A stretch of DNA of 63,746 bases from Bacilli bacterium (GTDB lineage: Bacteria; Bacillota_I; Bacilli_A; RF39; UBA660): positions 1 to 63,746 of the forward strand of contig JAZRRD010000083.1 in NCBI GenBank assembly GCA_045650425.1. Reading direction: 5' to 3'. The translations under genes and the position numbers were made by a program. Position 1 is the first letter of the stretch. The number at the start of each line of letters is the position of its first letter. Positions 8,049 to 18,110 of this stretch are shown here, in pieces. The notes beneath the pieces were generated by a model. That model was given only the letters and a program-made list of their open reading frames with translations. It ran no database searches and was not told the origin of the DNA.

Positions 8049-9908
8049 ATGAATTATGATGTAATAGTAGTTGGAGGAGGACATGCAGGCTGTGAAGCTG
8101 CAAATATAACAGCCTTCAAAAAAAAGAATGTTGCTTTAATAACTTCTAATATAAACAATATTGCAGATATGCCTTGTAATCCATCAATTGGTGGTACAGC
8201 TAAAGGAATTATTGTAAGAGAAATCGACGCATTAGGTGGAATTATGGGAAAAATAGCAGATAAATCTCATTTTCAAATAAAAATGCTAAATGATGCCAAA
8301 GGGCCTGCTGTAAGAAGTTTAAGGGCTCAAGCTGATAAAAAAGTTTATCCAAGAAATATGCTAACGCATTTAAAAATGTTTGATAATTTGGATATTGTTG
8401 AGTCAATGGTTGAAGATTTAATTATCGAAGATAATAATGTAAAGGGAGTAATTTTACATGATGGGACAAGAATTTTTGGTAAAACAGTTATTCTTACAAC
8501 AGGAACGTACCTAAAAGCTAATATATTAATAGGTTCTAAGAATATTCCAGAAGGGCCACATGGAGAAAAAAGATCTAATAGTTTAAGTGATAATCTAAAA
8601 AAATATGGATTCAAAATTCAAAGGCTTAAAACCGGAACACCGCCAAGAATTAAATCATCATCTATAGATTTTTCAGTAATGCAAGAAGAACTTGGAGCCC
8701 AAAAACCTTATACTTTTAGTTTAGATAATGATGCTTTGTATGATGTTAATAAACAAGAAAAATGTTATTTAATTTATACAAATGAAAATACACATAAAAT
8801 TATTTTAGAAAATTTATCAAAATCAAGTATGTATGGAGGACATGTAACTGGTATAGGTCCTAGATATTGCCCATCCATAGAAGATAAGCTAGTCAGATTT
8901 AGTGATAAATCTAGACATCAGCTTTTCTTAGAACCGGAAAGTAAAGAGTATGATGATTGGTATCTACAAGGTTTTTCTACAAGTATGCCTGAAGAAATAC
9001 AAGAAAAAATGGTTCACAGTTTACCTGGATTAGAAAATGCAATAATCACTAAGTATGCTTATGCCATTGAATATGATGCTATCGATCCTCTACAAATAAA
9101 TGCCAGTTTAGAAACAAAAGTTATAAACAATTTATTTACTGCGGGACAAATTAATGGTACTAGCGGATATGAAGAAGCAGCTGCTCAAGGATTAATTGCA
9201 GGTATTAACGCAATTAGTTTATTAGAAGAAAAAGAACCGTTAATTCTAAAAAGAGATGAGGCATATATTGGAGTTTTAATAGATGATTTAGTTACAAAAG
9301 GTACTCAAGAACCTTATAGAATGTTAACATCTCGTGCAGAATTCAGGCTTATATTAAGACACGATAATGCAGATTTAAGATTAAGAGAAATAGCTAACAA
9401 TTATGGATTATTAAATGAAGAACAATATCAAAGATATTTAACTAAAAAAAATAATATTCAAAATCTAATTCAAATATTAAAAGAAAATAATTTAAAAATA
9501 AACGATGAAATAAAACAGATTTTCATAAATCATAATATTAACATACCTCAAACTAATATATCTTTTTATGAATTATTAAAAAGACCAGAAATAAAGATTG
9601 ATTTTATATCAAATTTTATTGATATTAATAATTATAAAAATGTATTTGAAGATGTAGAAATAGAAATAAAATATGAAGGATATATTAAAAAAGCATATAA
9701 AGAAAGTGAAAAACTTAGAAAAACTGAAGAGAAAAAAATTCCATCCGATATTGATTATGACGATATAAAAAACTTAGCAAATGAAGCGAGACAAAAACTA
9801 AAAGAAATTAGACCACTTACGCTGTCTCAAGCTTCTAGAATCAGTGGAGTCAATCCAGTAGATATTTCAATATTATCAATTTATTTAAAGAAAGAATATG
9901 GTAAATAA
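8049..9908 (+). CDS. mnmG: tRNA uridine 5-carboxymethylaminomethyl modification enzyme MnmG (GidA)
   Basis: FAD-binding start YDVIVVGGGHAGCEAA, PCNPSIGG, GPRYCPSIEDK. 619 aa. Confidence 0.97.
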   Translation: MNYDVIVVGGGHAGCEAANITAFKKKNVALITSNINNIADMPCNPSIGGTAKGIIVREIDALGGIMGKIADKSHFQIKMLNDAKGPAVRSLRAQADKKVYPRNMLTHLKMFDNLDIVESMVEDLIIEDNNVKGVILHDGTRIFGKTVILTTGTYLKANILIGSKNIPEGPHGEKRSNSLSDNLKKYGFKIQRLKTGTPPRIKSSSIDFSVMQEELGAQKPYTFSLDNDALYDVNKQEKCYLIYTNENTHKIILENLSKSSMYGGHVTGIGPRYCPSIEDKLVRFSDKSRHQLFLEPESKEYDDWYLQGFSTSMPEEIQEKMVHSLPGLENAIITKYAYAIEYDAIDPLQINASLETKVINNLFTAGQINGTSGYEEAAAQGLIAGINAISLLEEKEPLILKRDEAYIGVLIDDLVTKGTQEPYRMLTSRAEFRLILRHDNADLRLREIANNYGLLNEEQYQRYLTKKNNIQNLIQILKENNLKINDEIKQIFINHNINIPQTNISFYELLKRPEIKIDFISNFIDINNYKNVFEDVEIEIKYEGYIKKAYKESEKLRKTEEKKIPSDIDYDDIKNLANEARQKLKEIRPLTLSQASRISGVNPVDISILSIYLKKEYGK

Positions 9909-10618
9909 TGAACAAAGAAGAGTTTTATAAAAAATTAGAAGAAAATAATATCCTACTTACCGAATATCAAAAAGAACAATTTAAAATATATTGTGAATAT
10001 CTTTTAGATTATAATAAACACACAAACTTAACTGCAATCAAAGATGAAGAAGGTGTATATTTAAAGCATTTTTATGATTCTGCAAGCGTAGCATTTATCT
10101 ATGATCTAAAAGAAGAAAAAATTTTAGATATTGGTACAGGCGCTGGATTTCCTGGAGTTGTGTTAAAAATATTATTTCCTCGAATTAATTTAACCTTAAT
10201 TGATTCAAATAATAAAAAAACAACTTTTTTAAAAAACTTATTAGAAAAAATAAATATAAATGATGTGAAGGTCCTAAATGATAGGGTTGAAAATATTAAA
10301 GATAAAGAAAGTTTTGATATTGTTATTTCAAGAGCCGTCTCAGAACTTAGAATTTTAGCAGAATTATCTTTACCATACTTAATTATTGGAGGTAAAGTCA
10401 TTGCTTTAAAATCTCATGTTGACGAAGAAATTCAAAAAGCCAAAGAAACAATTGAAATTTTAGGTGGTTCAAGTGCTAAAATTATTGATTTAAATATATC
10501 TAATATGTTAGGTAAAAGATGTTTGGTTGAAATTATAAAAGAAAAAAATACCCCTGAAATATATCCTAGAGTATATGATAAAATTTTGAAATACCCATTG
10601 AAAAAAATAACTAAGTAG
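9908..10618 (+). CDS. rsmG: 16S rRNA m7G527 methyltransferase RsmG (GidB)
   Basis: NLTAIKDEEGVYLKHFYDS and SAM motif DIGTGAGFPG. Conserved mnmG-rsmG order. Confidence 0.9.
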   Translation: MNKEEFYKKLEENNILLTEYQKEQFKIYCEYLLDYNKHTNLTAIKDEEGVYLKHFYDSASVAFIYDLKEEKILDIGTGAGFPGVVLKILFPRINLTLIDSNNKKTTFLKNLLEKININDVKVLNDRVENIKDKESFDIVISRAVSELRILAELSLPYLIIGGKVIALKSHVDEEIQKAKETIEILGGSSAKIIDLNISNMLGKRCLVEIIKEKNTPEIYPRVYDKILKYPLKKITK

Positions 10619-10657
10619 GATAAAATAAAAAGAGAATAATAAGAAGGGGCTGATAAT

Positions 10658-11761
10658 ATGAATCCGCCAAAAGAAATTTTACAAATCCCTGTCGAGGATA
10701 TAATTCCTAATAGATTTCAACCTAGAATTTCATTCGATGAAAAGGCTTTAAATGATTTAGCTTCATCAATAAAACAACATGGAATAATTCAACCGTTAGT
10801 TGTTAGAAGATTAGGTGAAAAATATGAAATTATTGCTGGAGAAAGAAGATATAAAGCTGCAACTAGAGCTGGGCTTACATCTGTTCCTGCTGTAATTACA
10901 GAAATAGATGATAGAACAAGCGCAGAAGTTGCTTTAGTTGAAAATGTTCAAAGAAAAGACTTAACAGCTATCGAAGAAGCAAGAAGTTATAAAAATCTTT
11001 TAGAGAAAAATGGTATGACTCAAGAAGAAATTGCTAAAAAAATGGGCATAAGTCAATCAGCTGTAGCAAATAAACTTAGACTTTTAAATTTATCTGAAAG
11101 AGTTCAAGAGGCTTTATTAAACGAAAAAATCTCAGAAAGACATGCTCGTTCATTACTAGTATTAAGTAACCAAGAAGAACAAGATAAATGGTTAGATAAA
11201 ATCATTAACGAACGTTTAACTGTTAGACAATTAGATACTTTAATAAAAAAAGAAACTGAAACTGAAAGTGAAGCTGAAGAAGATGTTCCTCTTGTTAATA
11301 TAGAACAAACTATTGAAGATATTAAAAATAATGCTACAGATATCATTAGTTATGTTAATGAAGATGTAAATTCTGTAGAAAATGAAAAACAAGAAAATAG
11401 ATTTTTTAATAATCTAGAAGATGAGCCTGTAAGCATGGGGCCAACATCTCCAATTGGTTCTCCTGTGATGCCTGTCTTTAGCATCAATGAAGAACAGCCA
11501 CAGACTATAGAAACAACCCCAAAAGTATTTGATGATATAGAACTTTTAGATGTAGATATACCAATACAAAGTGAAAGCTTGGAAGAAAGTCAAGATATAG
11601 AAGTTATATCGGAAGAACCATCTGAAACTTCAAGTTTGGGAGATATAATAAGTTCACTAAGAAGCAAAATAAATGAACTAAATATTAACGAAAATATAAA
11701 TTTTGAAGAACTTGATCTAGGTGATAGTTATAAAATAAATATTACTATAATCAAAAAATAA
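10658..11761 (+). CDS. parB: ParB/Spo0J/Noc-family partition protein with a long acidic low-complexity C-terminal region
   Basis: ParB box IIQPLVVRRLGEKYEIIAGERRYKAA. HTH EEIAKKMGISQSAVANKLRLLNL. The last ~170 aa are rich in E/D/S/I. No parA/soj gene is adjacent. Confidence 0.85.
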   Translation: MNPPKEILQIPVEDIIPNRFQPRISFDEKALNDLASSIKQHGIIQPLVVRRLGEKYEIIAGERRYKAATRAGLTSVPAVITEIDDRTSAEVALVENVQRKDLTAIEEARSYKNLLEKNGMTQEEIAKKMGISQSAVANKLRLLNLSERVQEALLNEKISERHARSLLVLSNQEEQDKWLDKIINERLTVRQLDTLIKKETETESEAEEDVPLVNIEQTIEDIKNNATDIISYVNEDVNSVENEKQENRFFNNLEDEPVSMGPTSPIGSPVMPVFSINEEQPQTIETTPKVFDDIELLDVDIPIQSESLEESQDIEVISEEPSETSSLGDIISSLRSKINELNINENINFEELDLGDSYKINITIIKK

Positions 11762-11789
11762 CATATATCCAAAAAATATATGTTTTTTT
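11761..11789 (+). terminator. Rho-independent terminator after parB (between convergent genes)
   Basis: Perfect 8-bp stem ACATATAT (11761-11768) / ATATATGT (11776-11783) followed by a T-run. Confidence 0.7.
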
Positions 11790-13728
11790 ATTCTTCTTTA
11801 AAGACATAATTCTCTGTGCCTTTTACATAATAGTAAATTGCCGAATTAGATGTATTAATAGCCTCTTCTCCCGTTATAGCATTTTTAGGAATACCTATAA
11901 CGTTTTTTGGAGTTTCATACCAAACTTCACTCCGCTCTTCAAAGACTGATGATACAGTATCAGCAAAAATATTTCGTGTATATACATTCTTGCTTAATTC
12001 TAAATCACTCGCGTCATCATATCCAATCCAAACTAACATCATAATCTCAGGATTATAACCAGCTAAATAAAAATCTGTGCCAGTTGTTCCTGTTTTAATA
12101 GCATATTTTTGATCCAATTTATCTGCAATATTTAAAGCTGATGGTGTTGCATAATCTATGAAGTTAGCATTGGTGGTATTGGTCATCATTTCGTTTAATA
12201 TATATGTGTAATTTGGATTTAAAACTAAGTCATCTTCTAATTGGCGACTATATAATATGTTGCCATCTAAATCTTCTACCTTATTTATAAAATGAATGTC
12301 TCTTTTATATCCACCACTTGCGAATGTTGTATAACCTCTAGCATAATCTAACATGCTAATTTCCCCTGTACCTAAAGCTAATGAAGGGACTGCTAATAAC
12401 TCTGCCTCTATCCCGGTTCTATGTGCAACCTCCACTAAAGTTTCAGGGCCTAAATACATATTCGTTTTTACTGCGTATATATTATCAGATAAAGCTAAAG
12501 CAGCAGCCATAGTAATAGGTTTGTTTGCATATTTATCTTTATAATTAGTGGGCGAATAAGTTTTATCCGCAGACAAAGTAAATGTTGTAGCTTCGCTTGT
12601 AAATGTAGATGACGAAACAAAATTATTTTCTAAAGCGGCATAATATAAAAATGGTTTCATAGTAGAACCTACTTGTCTTTTTGCTCTTGTCGCTCGATTA
12701 TATTGGCTTAAAGCATAATCTTTTCCTCCAACAAGTCCCAATACCCCACCAGTATCTGGATTAACAACAATGCTTGCTACCTGAATTTTTTCGTCATTAG
12801 CTAAGTTTTTTAAAACTGCATCCTCTAAAGAATTTTGAACTTCCCAATCTAAATTAGTATATATTTTTAATCCACCACTATCTATTAAGGAGTTCGGAAT
12901 ACTTTTAATTTCATTTAATTCATCCATAACAGCATCCCGGTAATACATAACTAAGTCTGAAGTTTTATTATTAGTGTTTTTTAAAATATCAATTTTTTCT
13001 TTAAATAAATCATTATAAGTGTTTTCATCAATTAAATTATTATTAAGCATCGATTTAGCTACTACTTTAGCCCTTTTTATTGATTTATCATAATTGCTTA
13101 CAGGATTGTAATTACTTGGATTTTTAGAAATTCCTGCCAAAATAATAGCCTCTTCTAAATTTAATTCTGAAGGTTCTTTATCAAAATAGTAATTACTAGC
13201 ATTTTTAATTCCATAATTTCCTTGTCCATAATTAATAGTATTTAAATACCCTTCTAAAATTTCATCTTTATCATAGTTAATTTCCAATTGCATAGTTAAA
13301 AAAGCCTCTTCAAACTTTCTTTTCCATGTCTGACCAAAATCAAGATATAAATTTTTTACATACTGCTGAGATATAGTTGAAGCGCCTTGGGTTATATTTT
13401 GGTTTTTAATATTTATATACATAGCTTTCATTATTCTTAAAAAATCAAAACCTTGATGAGAATAAAAGTTTTTATCTTCAATACTAATTGTAGCATCAAT
13501 TAAATTTTGGCTTATATCCTTTAATTCAGTCCAATTATCACTACTTGAACCTTGACTAACAAGTTTATTATTATTATCAAATATTTGAAAACTATTAGCA
13601 GTTCTTAGTTCTAATTTAGGTAAAAGGGCTGCATAAAAATATACACCGATAATACCTACCATCATAACAATAAACATAAACATACTAAATTTTGTTAAGC
13701 GATAAATTATTTTCATTTTTAACACCAT
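11788..13728 (-). CDS. Class A penicillin-binding protein (GT51 transglycosylase + transpeptidase)
   Basis: N-terminal TM anchor. GT51 motifs IEDKNFYSHQGFD and GASTISQQYVKN. Transpeptidase STMKP and KTGTT. An alternative start is at 13716 (MKIIYRL) with a better Shine-Dalgarno. Confidence 0.9.
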   Translation of the reverse strand: MVLKMKIIYRLTKFSMFMFIVMMVGIIGVYFYAALLPKLELRTANSFQIFDNNNKLVSQGSSSDNWTELKDISQNLIDATISIEDKNFYSHQGFDFLRIMKAMYINIKNQNITQGASTISQQYVKNLYLDFGQTWKRKFEEAFLTMQLEINYDKDEILEGYLNTINYGQGNYGIKNASNYYFDKEPSELNLEEAIILAGISKNPSNYNPVSNYDKSIKRAKVVAKSMLNNNLIDENTYNDLFKEKIDILKNTNNKTSDLVMYYRDAVMDELNEIKSIPNSLIDSGGLKIYTNLDWEVQNSLEDAVLKNLANDEKIQVASIVVNPDTGGVLGLVGGKDYALSQYNRATRAKRQVGSTMKPFLYYAALENNFVSSSTFTSEATTFTLSADKTYSPTNYKDKYANKPITMAAALALSDNIYAVKTNMYLGPETLVEVAHRTGIEAELLAVPSLALGTGEISMLDYARGYTTFASGGYKRDIHFINKVEDLDGNILYSRQLEDDLVLNPNYTYILNEMMTNTTNANFIDYATPSALNIADKLDQKYAIKTGTTGTDFYLAGYNPEIMMLVWIGYDDASDLELSKNVYTRNIFADTVSSVFEERSEVWYETPKNVIGIPKNAITGEEAINTSNSAIYYYVKGTENYVFKEE

Positions 13729-13776
13729 TATTTATTATGATTTAAACTTTTGATTTTATAAGTGCAATAATAAATA

Positions 13777-14151
13777 TTGTATGCTATAATTATTGCGATT
13801 AAAGAGGTGATAGCCATAAACACACATTTTAATTGGTTATTTTATAAAAATGATAAACTAATTGAAGAGTATAAAAATTTAAAGATAGTTAATAACATAT
13901 ATCAAGTGAGTAATGAGCTAAAATTATTAAAAGAAAATAACAATTATATTTTAAAAAGAACTGGTGCAGATTACGAAGTGACAATTGATTTTAACAGTAA
14001 ACTCTGTTGTATTAATCTTTTTAAAGAGAATATAATTACGGAATTAGATCTTTTGCAATTAGAAATAGTTGACAAAAAAGATAAACTTACTATAATTTAT
14101 ATGTTAGATATTGATGAAATAAATAAATTAGTCATAGAATTGAAAGAGTGA
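13777..14151 (+). CDS. Small protein upstream of argS, possibly DUF1934/YwiB-like
   Basis: The position 4 nt upstream of argS mirrors ywiB-argS in Bacillus. Weak resemblance only. The start codon is uncertain (see finding). Confidence 0.4.
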   Translation: MYAIIIAIKEVIAINTHFNWLFYKNDKLIEEYKNLKIVNNIYQVSNELKLLKENNNYILKRTGADYEVTIDFNSKLCCINLFKENIITELDLLQLEIVDKKDKLTIIYMLDIDEINKLVIELKE

Positions 14152-14155
14152 TAGT

Positions 14156-15763
14156 ATGAAAGAAAGTTTGAAATTTGAATTAGAAAAGATTATAAATAGT
14201 TTATATAACATCGAAGAGTCAGTTGAAGTTACTATTCCAAATAATAGTGAATTTGGTGATTTTTCAACTAATATTGCATTAAAATTAGCGAAAAAATTAG
14301 GGAAATCTCCAGCTACAATCGCTGAGGAAATAATTGCGAACATTAAGTTGTCTACTATCAAAAATAGTGAAATAAAAATGCCGGGATTTATCAATTTCTT
14401 TGTTGATAACTCATATTTGTATGATAATATTTTTACAGTTTTAAAAGAAAATGAAAATTACGGTCGTAGTAATATAGGAAAAGGAAAGAATTATAATATA
14501 GAGTTTGTTAGTGCTAACCCAACAGGAATTTTACACTTAGGTAATGCAAGAGGTGGAGCATATGGCGATAATTTGGCTAGGATTTTAAAATTTAGTGGCT
14601 ATGATGTTACAAAGGAATATTATATTAATGATGCAGGTAATCAAATTAATAATTTAGGATTATCACTAAGAGCTAGATACTTAAATTTATGCGGAAAAAA
14701 CGAGGAACTACCTGAGAATGGTTATTATGGTCCAGAAATAATTGAAATGGCTAAAAAAATCTATGAAGAACATGGAAAAGAATATATAGCTGCTCCGTTA
14801 GAATTTTATAAAGATTTAGCTACTCAGGAATTATTAAGTAATATAATTAAAGACCTAGAAGAATATGGTGTAACTTATGACGTGTTTACTAGCGAAAGAG
14901 ATATTTATCGAAGATATTCATTACCAGGTATTGTAGAAGAATTAGATAAAAATGGGTATATTTTTGACGAAGATGGCGCAAAATGGTTCAAATCATCGGC
15001 TTTATTGGACGATAAAGACCATGTATTAATAAAAAATGACGGAGCATATACATATCTACTACCAGATATTGCTTATCACACAGACAAATATAAAAGAGGT
15101 TTTACAAAAATAATTGATGTTTTAGGAACAGATCATCATGGATATGTTGCTAGATTAAAAAGCGCTATGAAAGCATTAGGATATGACGAAAATATCGTTG
15201 ATGTTAAATTATTACAATTAGTTAGATTAATGAATGGTAAAGAAATTGTAAAAATGTCAAAACGTACAGGTAATACAGTAACATTAAAGGATTTAATTGA
15301 CGAAGTAGGCGTAAGAGCAGCAAGATATTTCTTTGCAATGAGAAGCTTAGATACTCAAATGGACTTTGATATGGAACTTGCAAAGAAAACATCGAATGAA
15401 AATCCAGTTTATTATGTTTCTTATGCATATGCAAGAATATGTACAATTTTAAAAGATAATGATACAGACATTAAATTTGACAAATTTATGTATTTAAATA
15501 ATAAAAATGTTGAACAATTGCTAAATTGTGTATATAATTTTCCAGAGGTAGTACAAAATGCAGCTTTAAAAGAAATGCCTCATTTAATTACAAATTATGT
15601 ATATGAATTAGCCAATTTATTCCATAACTTCTATTCAAATAATAGAATATTAGTTGATAATCACCAAGAACAAGCTGAAAACATATATTTAATTAAAGCA
15701 GTAAAGATCACAATTAAAAATGCTTTAAACTTAGTTGGTGTTGAGCCATTTGAAAAAATGTAG
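14156..15763 (+). CDS. argS: Arginine--tRNA ligase
   Basis: Class I HIGH-type motif SANPTGILHLGNARG. KMSKRTG (KMSK motif). 535 aa. Confidence 0.95.
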   Translation: MKESLKFELEKIINSLYNIEESVEVTIPNNSEFGDFSTNIALKLAKKLGKSPATIAEEIIANIKLSTIKNSEIKMPGFINFFVDNSYLYDNIFTVLKENENYGRSNIGKGKNYNIEFVSANPTGILHLGNARGGAYGDNLARILKFSGYDVTKEYYINDAGNQINNLGLSLRARYLNLCGKNEELPENGYYGPEIIEMAKKIYEEHGKEYIAAPLEFYKDLATQELLSNIIKDLEEYGVTYDVFTSERDIYRRYSLPGIVEELDKNGYIFDEDGAKWFKSSALLDDKDHVLIKNDGAYTYLLPDIAYHTDKYKRGFTKIIDVLGTDHHGYVARLKSAMKALGYDENIVDVKLLQLVRLMNGKEIVKMSKRTGNTVTLKDLIDEVGVRAARYFFAMRSLDTQMDFDMELAKKTSNENPVYYVSYAYARICTILKDNDTDIKFDKFMYLNNKNVEQLLNCVYNFPEVVQNAALKEMPHLITNYVYELANLFHNFYSNNRILVDNHQEQAENIYLIKAVKITIKNALNLVGVEPFEKM

Positions 15764-15773
15764 GAGGAATACT

Positions 15774-16205
15774 ATGAAATTAACAGATTATAATAAAGAT
15801 GAACTTGAATTAATGGGATATGATGACATAGCTATCATCGTTTTACAAGAATCAAAGAAAAAAATGAAAATTACAGACATATTTAAAAAAATATGTGATA
15901 CTTTAGGAATGTCTGAAAGTGAATATGAAAATAAAATAGGTGACTTTTTTGAACTACTATCTACAAATAAAAATTTCATAATGTTAGAAAATGGTTTTTG
16001 GGACTTAAAAAGTAAACATAATTCTAAAGTTATCATTGATGAAGAAGAGGAAGATATCGCGGACGTTACTGAAGAAGAGGAAGATATGGAAGAAAATAAT
16101 GAAGAGGAAGAAGATATCTTTTATGAAACAGACGATGACGAAGTTGAAGATGATTTAAACGACTTAGTAATTATCGATATTGATGAAGAAGAAGCTGAAT
16201 TATAA
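15774..16205 (+). CDS. rpoE: RNA polymerase delta subunit
   Basis: True start MKLTDYNKDELELMGYDDIAIIVL at 15774 after AGGAGG. HARE-HTH-like N-domain and an extreme D/E C-terminal tail, typical of RpoE of Bacilli and Mollicutes. Confidence 0.88.
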   Translation: MKLTDYNKDELELMGYDDIAIIVLQESKKKMKITDIFKKICDTLGMSESEYENKIGDFFELLSTNKNFIMLENGFWDLKSKHNSKVIIDEEEEDIADVTEEEEDMEENNEEEEDIFYETDDDEVEDDLNDLVIIDIDEEEAEL

Positions 16206-16217
16206 TTTAGCTTTTTT
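16194..16217 (+). terminator. Hairpin plus T6 after rpoE
   Basis: GCTGAAT / ATTTAGC stem (one G-U pair) overlapping the stop codon, followed by TTTTTT. Confidence 0.5.
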
Positions 16218-16267
16218 AATTAAAAAAATTTTGTTATAATATCAAAGAAAGAAAGAGATTGATTTTT

Positions 16268-17332
16268 ATGTTTGAAAGATTAGAAAATGTTGAAAAAAAA
16301 TATCAAGAGTTAACTGAGCAATTAAGTGATCCAAATATTATAAATGATTACAATCAAGTTAAAACTTTATCTAAAGAACAAAGTGATTTAGAAGAAATAG
16401 TAAATAAATACAAAGAATATAAAAAAGTTTTAAGTGACTTAGATGAAGCTAAATTATTATTGTCAGACGCTGAAATGAAAGAATTCGCTGCTGAAGAAGT
16501 TGAACGTTTAACAAATGAACAAGAAAAAATTTATGCGGAATTAGAAATTCTTTTAGTTCCAAAAGATGAAAATGATGGTAAAAACGTTATAATGGAAATT
16601 CGTGGAGCTGCCGGTGGAGATGAAGCAAATATTTTTGCCGGGGATTTATATAGAATGTATACATACTATGCTGAAAAAAACGGATGGAAGATAGAAATTA
16701 TTAATGAAATTGAAGGAACAAGTGGTGGATTTTCACAAGTTGAATTTATGATAAAAGGTGACAATGTTTTTTCAAAAATGAAATATGAAAGTGGTTCTCA
16801 TAGAGTTCAAAGAGTACCTGTCACAGAAACTCAAGGAAGAGTTCATACATCAACTGCGACTGTTTTAGTAATGCCAGAAGTTGAATCAGTTAATATTGAT
16901 GTAAAAGAAAGTGATATTAAAATGGATGTATACCATAGTAGTGGAGCAGGAGGACAATCTGTAAATACATCAAATAGTGCAGTAAGACTTACTCATATTC
17001 CATCCGGAGTTGTAGTAACATGTCAAACAGAACGTAGTCAATTAAAAAATAGAGAAAAAGCTATGAACTTGCTTAAAATCAAGATATATGATGAAATGGT
17101 ACGAGCTCAAGAAGCTAGTCTAGGTGTTGAAAGAAAATCTAAGATAGGAACAGGAGATCGTTCAGAAAAAATCAGAACTTATAACTATCCACAAAATAGA
17201 GTTACAGATCATCGTATTAATTTCTCAATCATGGAATTAGATAGAGTAATGGACGGAGCTTTGGAACCAATTATTGAAGCTTTAATAACTGAAGATTTAA
17301 AAAGAAAATTGGCTGGAGAAACTTTTGAATAG
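16268..17332 (+). CDS. prfA: Peptide chain release factor 1
   Basis: PVTETQGRVHTS (PxT-type recognition region) and the GGQ motif in HSSGAGGQSVNT. The track start at 16259 is TTG. ATG at 16268 is preferred. A TGtTATAAT extended -10 lies at 16232-16240. Confidence 0.95.
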   Translation: MFERLENVEKKYQELTEQLSDPNIINDYNQVKTLSKEQSDLEEIVNKYKEYKKVLSDLDEAKLLLSDAEMKEFAAEEVERLTNEQEKIYAELEILLVPKDENDGKNVIMEIRGAAGGDEANIFAGDLYRMYTYYAEKNGWKIEIINEIEGTSGGFSQVEFMIKGDNVFSKMKYESGSHRVQRVPVTETQGRVHTSTATVLVMPEVESVNIDVKESDIKMDVYHSSGAGGQSVNTSNSAVRLTHIPSGVVVTCQTERSQLKNREKAMNLLKIKIYDEMVRAQEASLGVERKSKIGTGDRSEKIRTYNYPQNRVTDHRINFSIMELDRVMDGALEPIIEALITEDLKRKLAGETFE

Positions 17333-18071
17333 ACCAGAATACATAGGACGTGCAGATTGGGAATTATTATTAGAAAAACATGATGGTCTGCTTCCTAAAG
17401 AAATAATAAATAAATTAAATAATAAATATCCAATCCAGTATTTAATAGGTTATGTAGAATTTCTTGATTTAAAGCTTATGGTTAATGAGAATGTTTTAAT
17501 ACCAAGATATGAAACAGAATTAATGGTGGATAAGACAATTAAATTAATTCAGAAACAAGAAATAAACCCAGCGAGTATTATTGATTTAGGTTGTGGGAGT
17601 GGAGCAATAGCAATATCGCTTGCTAAAAAATTTAATACAAAAGTAGATGCATTAGATATGAGCGAAAAAGCATTAAAGATTACTAATTTAAATGCTCAAA
17701 ATAATAAAGCCAGTCTTAATCTTATTCAAAAAGATATTCTAAAAGATGATATTTGTTTAAATCATAGTTTAATTATATCTAATCCTCCTTATGTAGATAT
17801 TAATGAAATAGTTGATCCACAAACAAAGTATGAGCCGCAAAATGCAATTTTTGCTGGTGAAAATGGTTTAATATTTTATAAACGTATTGTAGAGTTAGCT
17901 AAACAAAATCTTCAAAGGGAATTTACTTTAGTTTTTGAAATTGGCTGCACACAAAAAGATGATATTTGTGAAATTATTTTAAATCAATTTCCTAATGCTA
18001 AAATTCAATGTGAAAAAGATTTTTCGGATAGAAATAGATACATTTTTGCAAACATAATAAATTTTGAATAA
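17325..18071 (+). CDS. prmC: Release-factor glutamine N5-methyltransferase PrmC (HemK)
   Basis: DLGCGSGAIAISL SAM motif and the NPPY catalytic motif (ISNPPYV). Overlaps the prfA stop. Confidence 0.9.
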   Translation: MNRPEYIGRADWELLLEKHDGLLPKEIINKLNNKYPIQYLIGYVEFLDLKLMVNENVLIPRYETELMVDKTIKLIQKQEINPASIIDLGCGSGAIAISLAKKFNTKVDALDMSEKALKITNLNAQNNKASLNLIQKDILKDDICLNHSLIISNPPYVDINEIVDPQTKYEPQNAIFAGENGLIFYKRIVELAKQNLQREFTLVFEIGCTQKDDICEIILNQFPNAKIQCEKDFSDRNRYIFANIINFE

Positions 18072-18110
18072 AAAATAAATTAATAATACATATATAATTT
18101 AGGTGAAATT

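Noticed and set aside
13729-14155. Looked for a T-box leader upstream of argS
   Set aside because: The space is occupied by a small ORF 4 nt from argS. I saw no specifier-loop/T-box (AANNNGGTGNTACCGCG-like) sequence.
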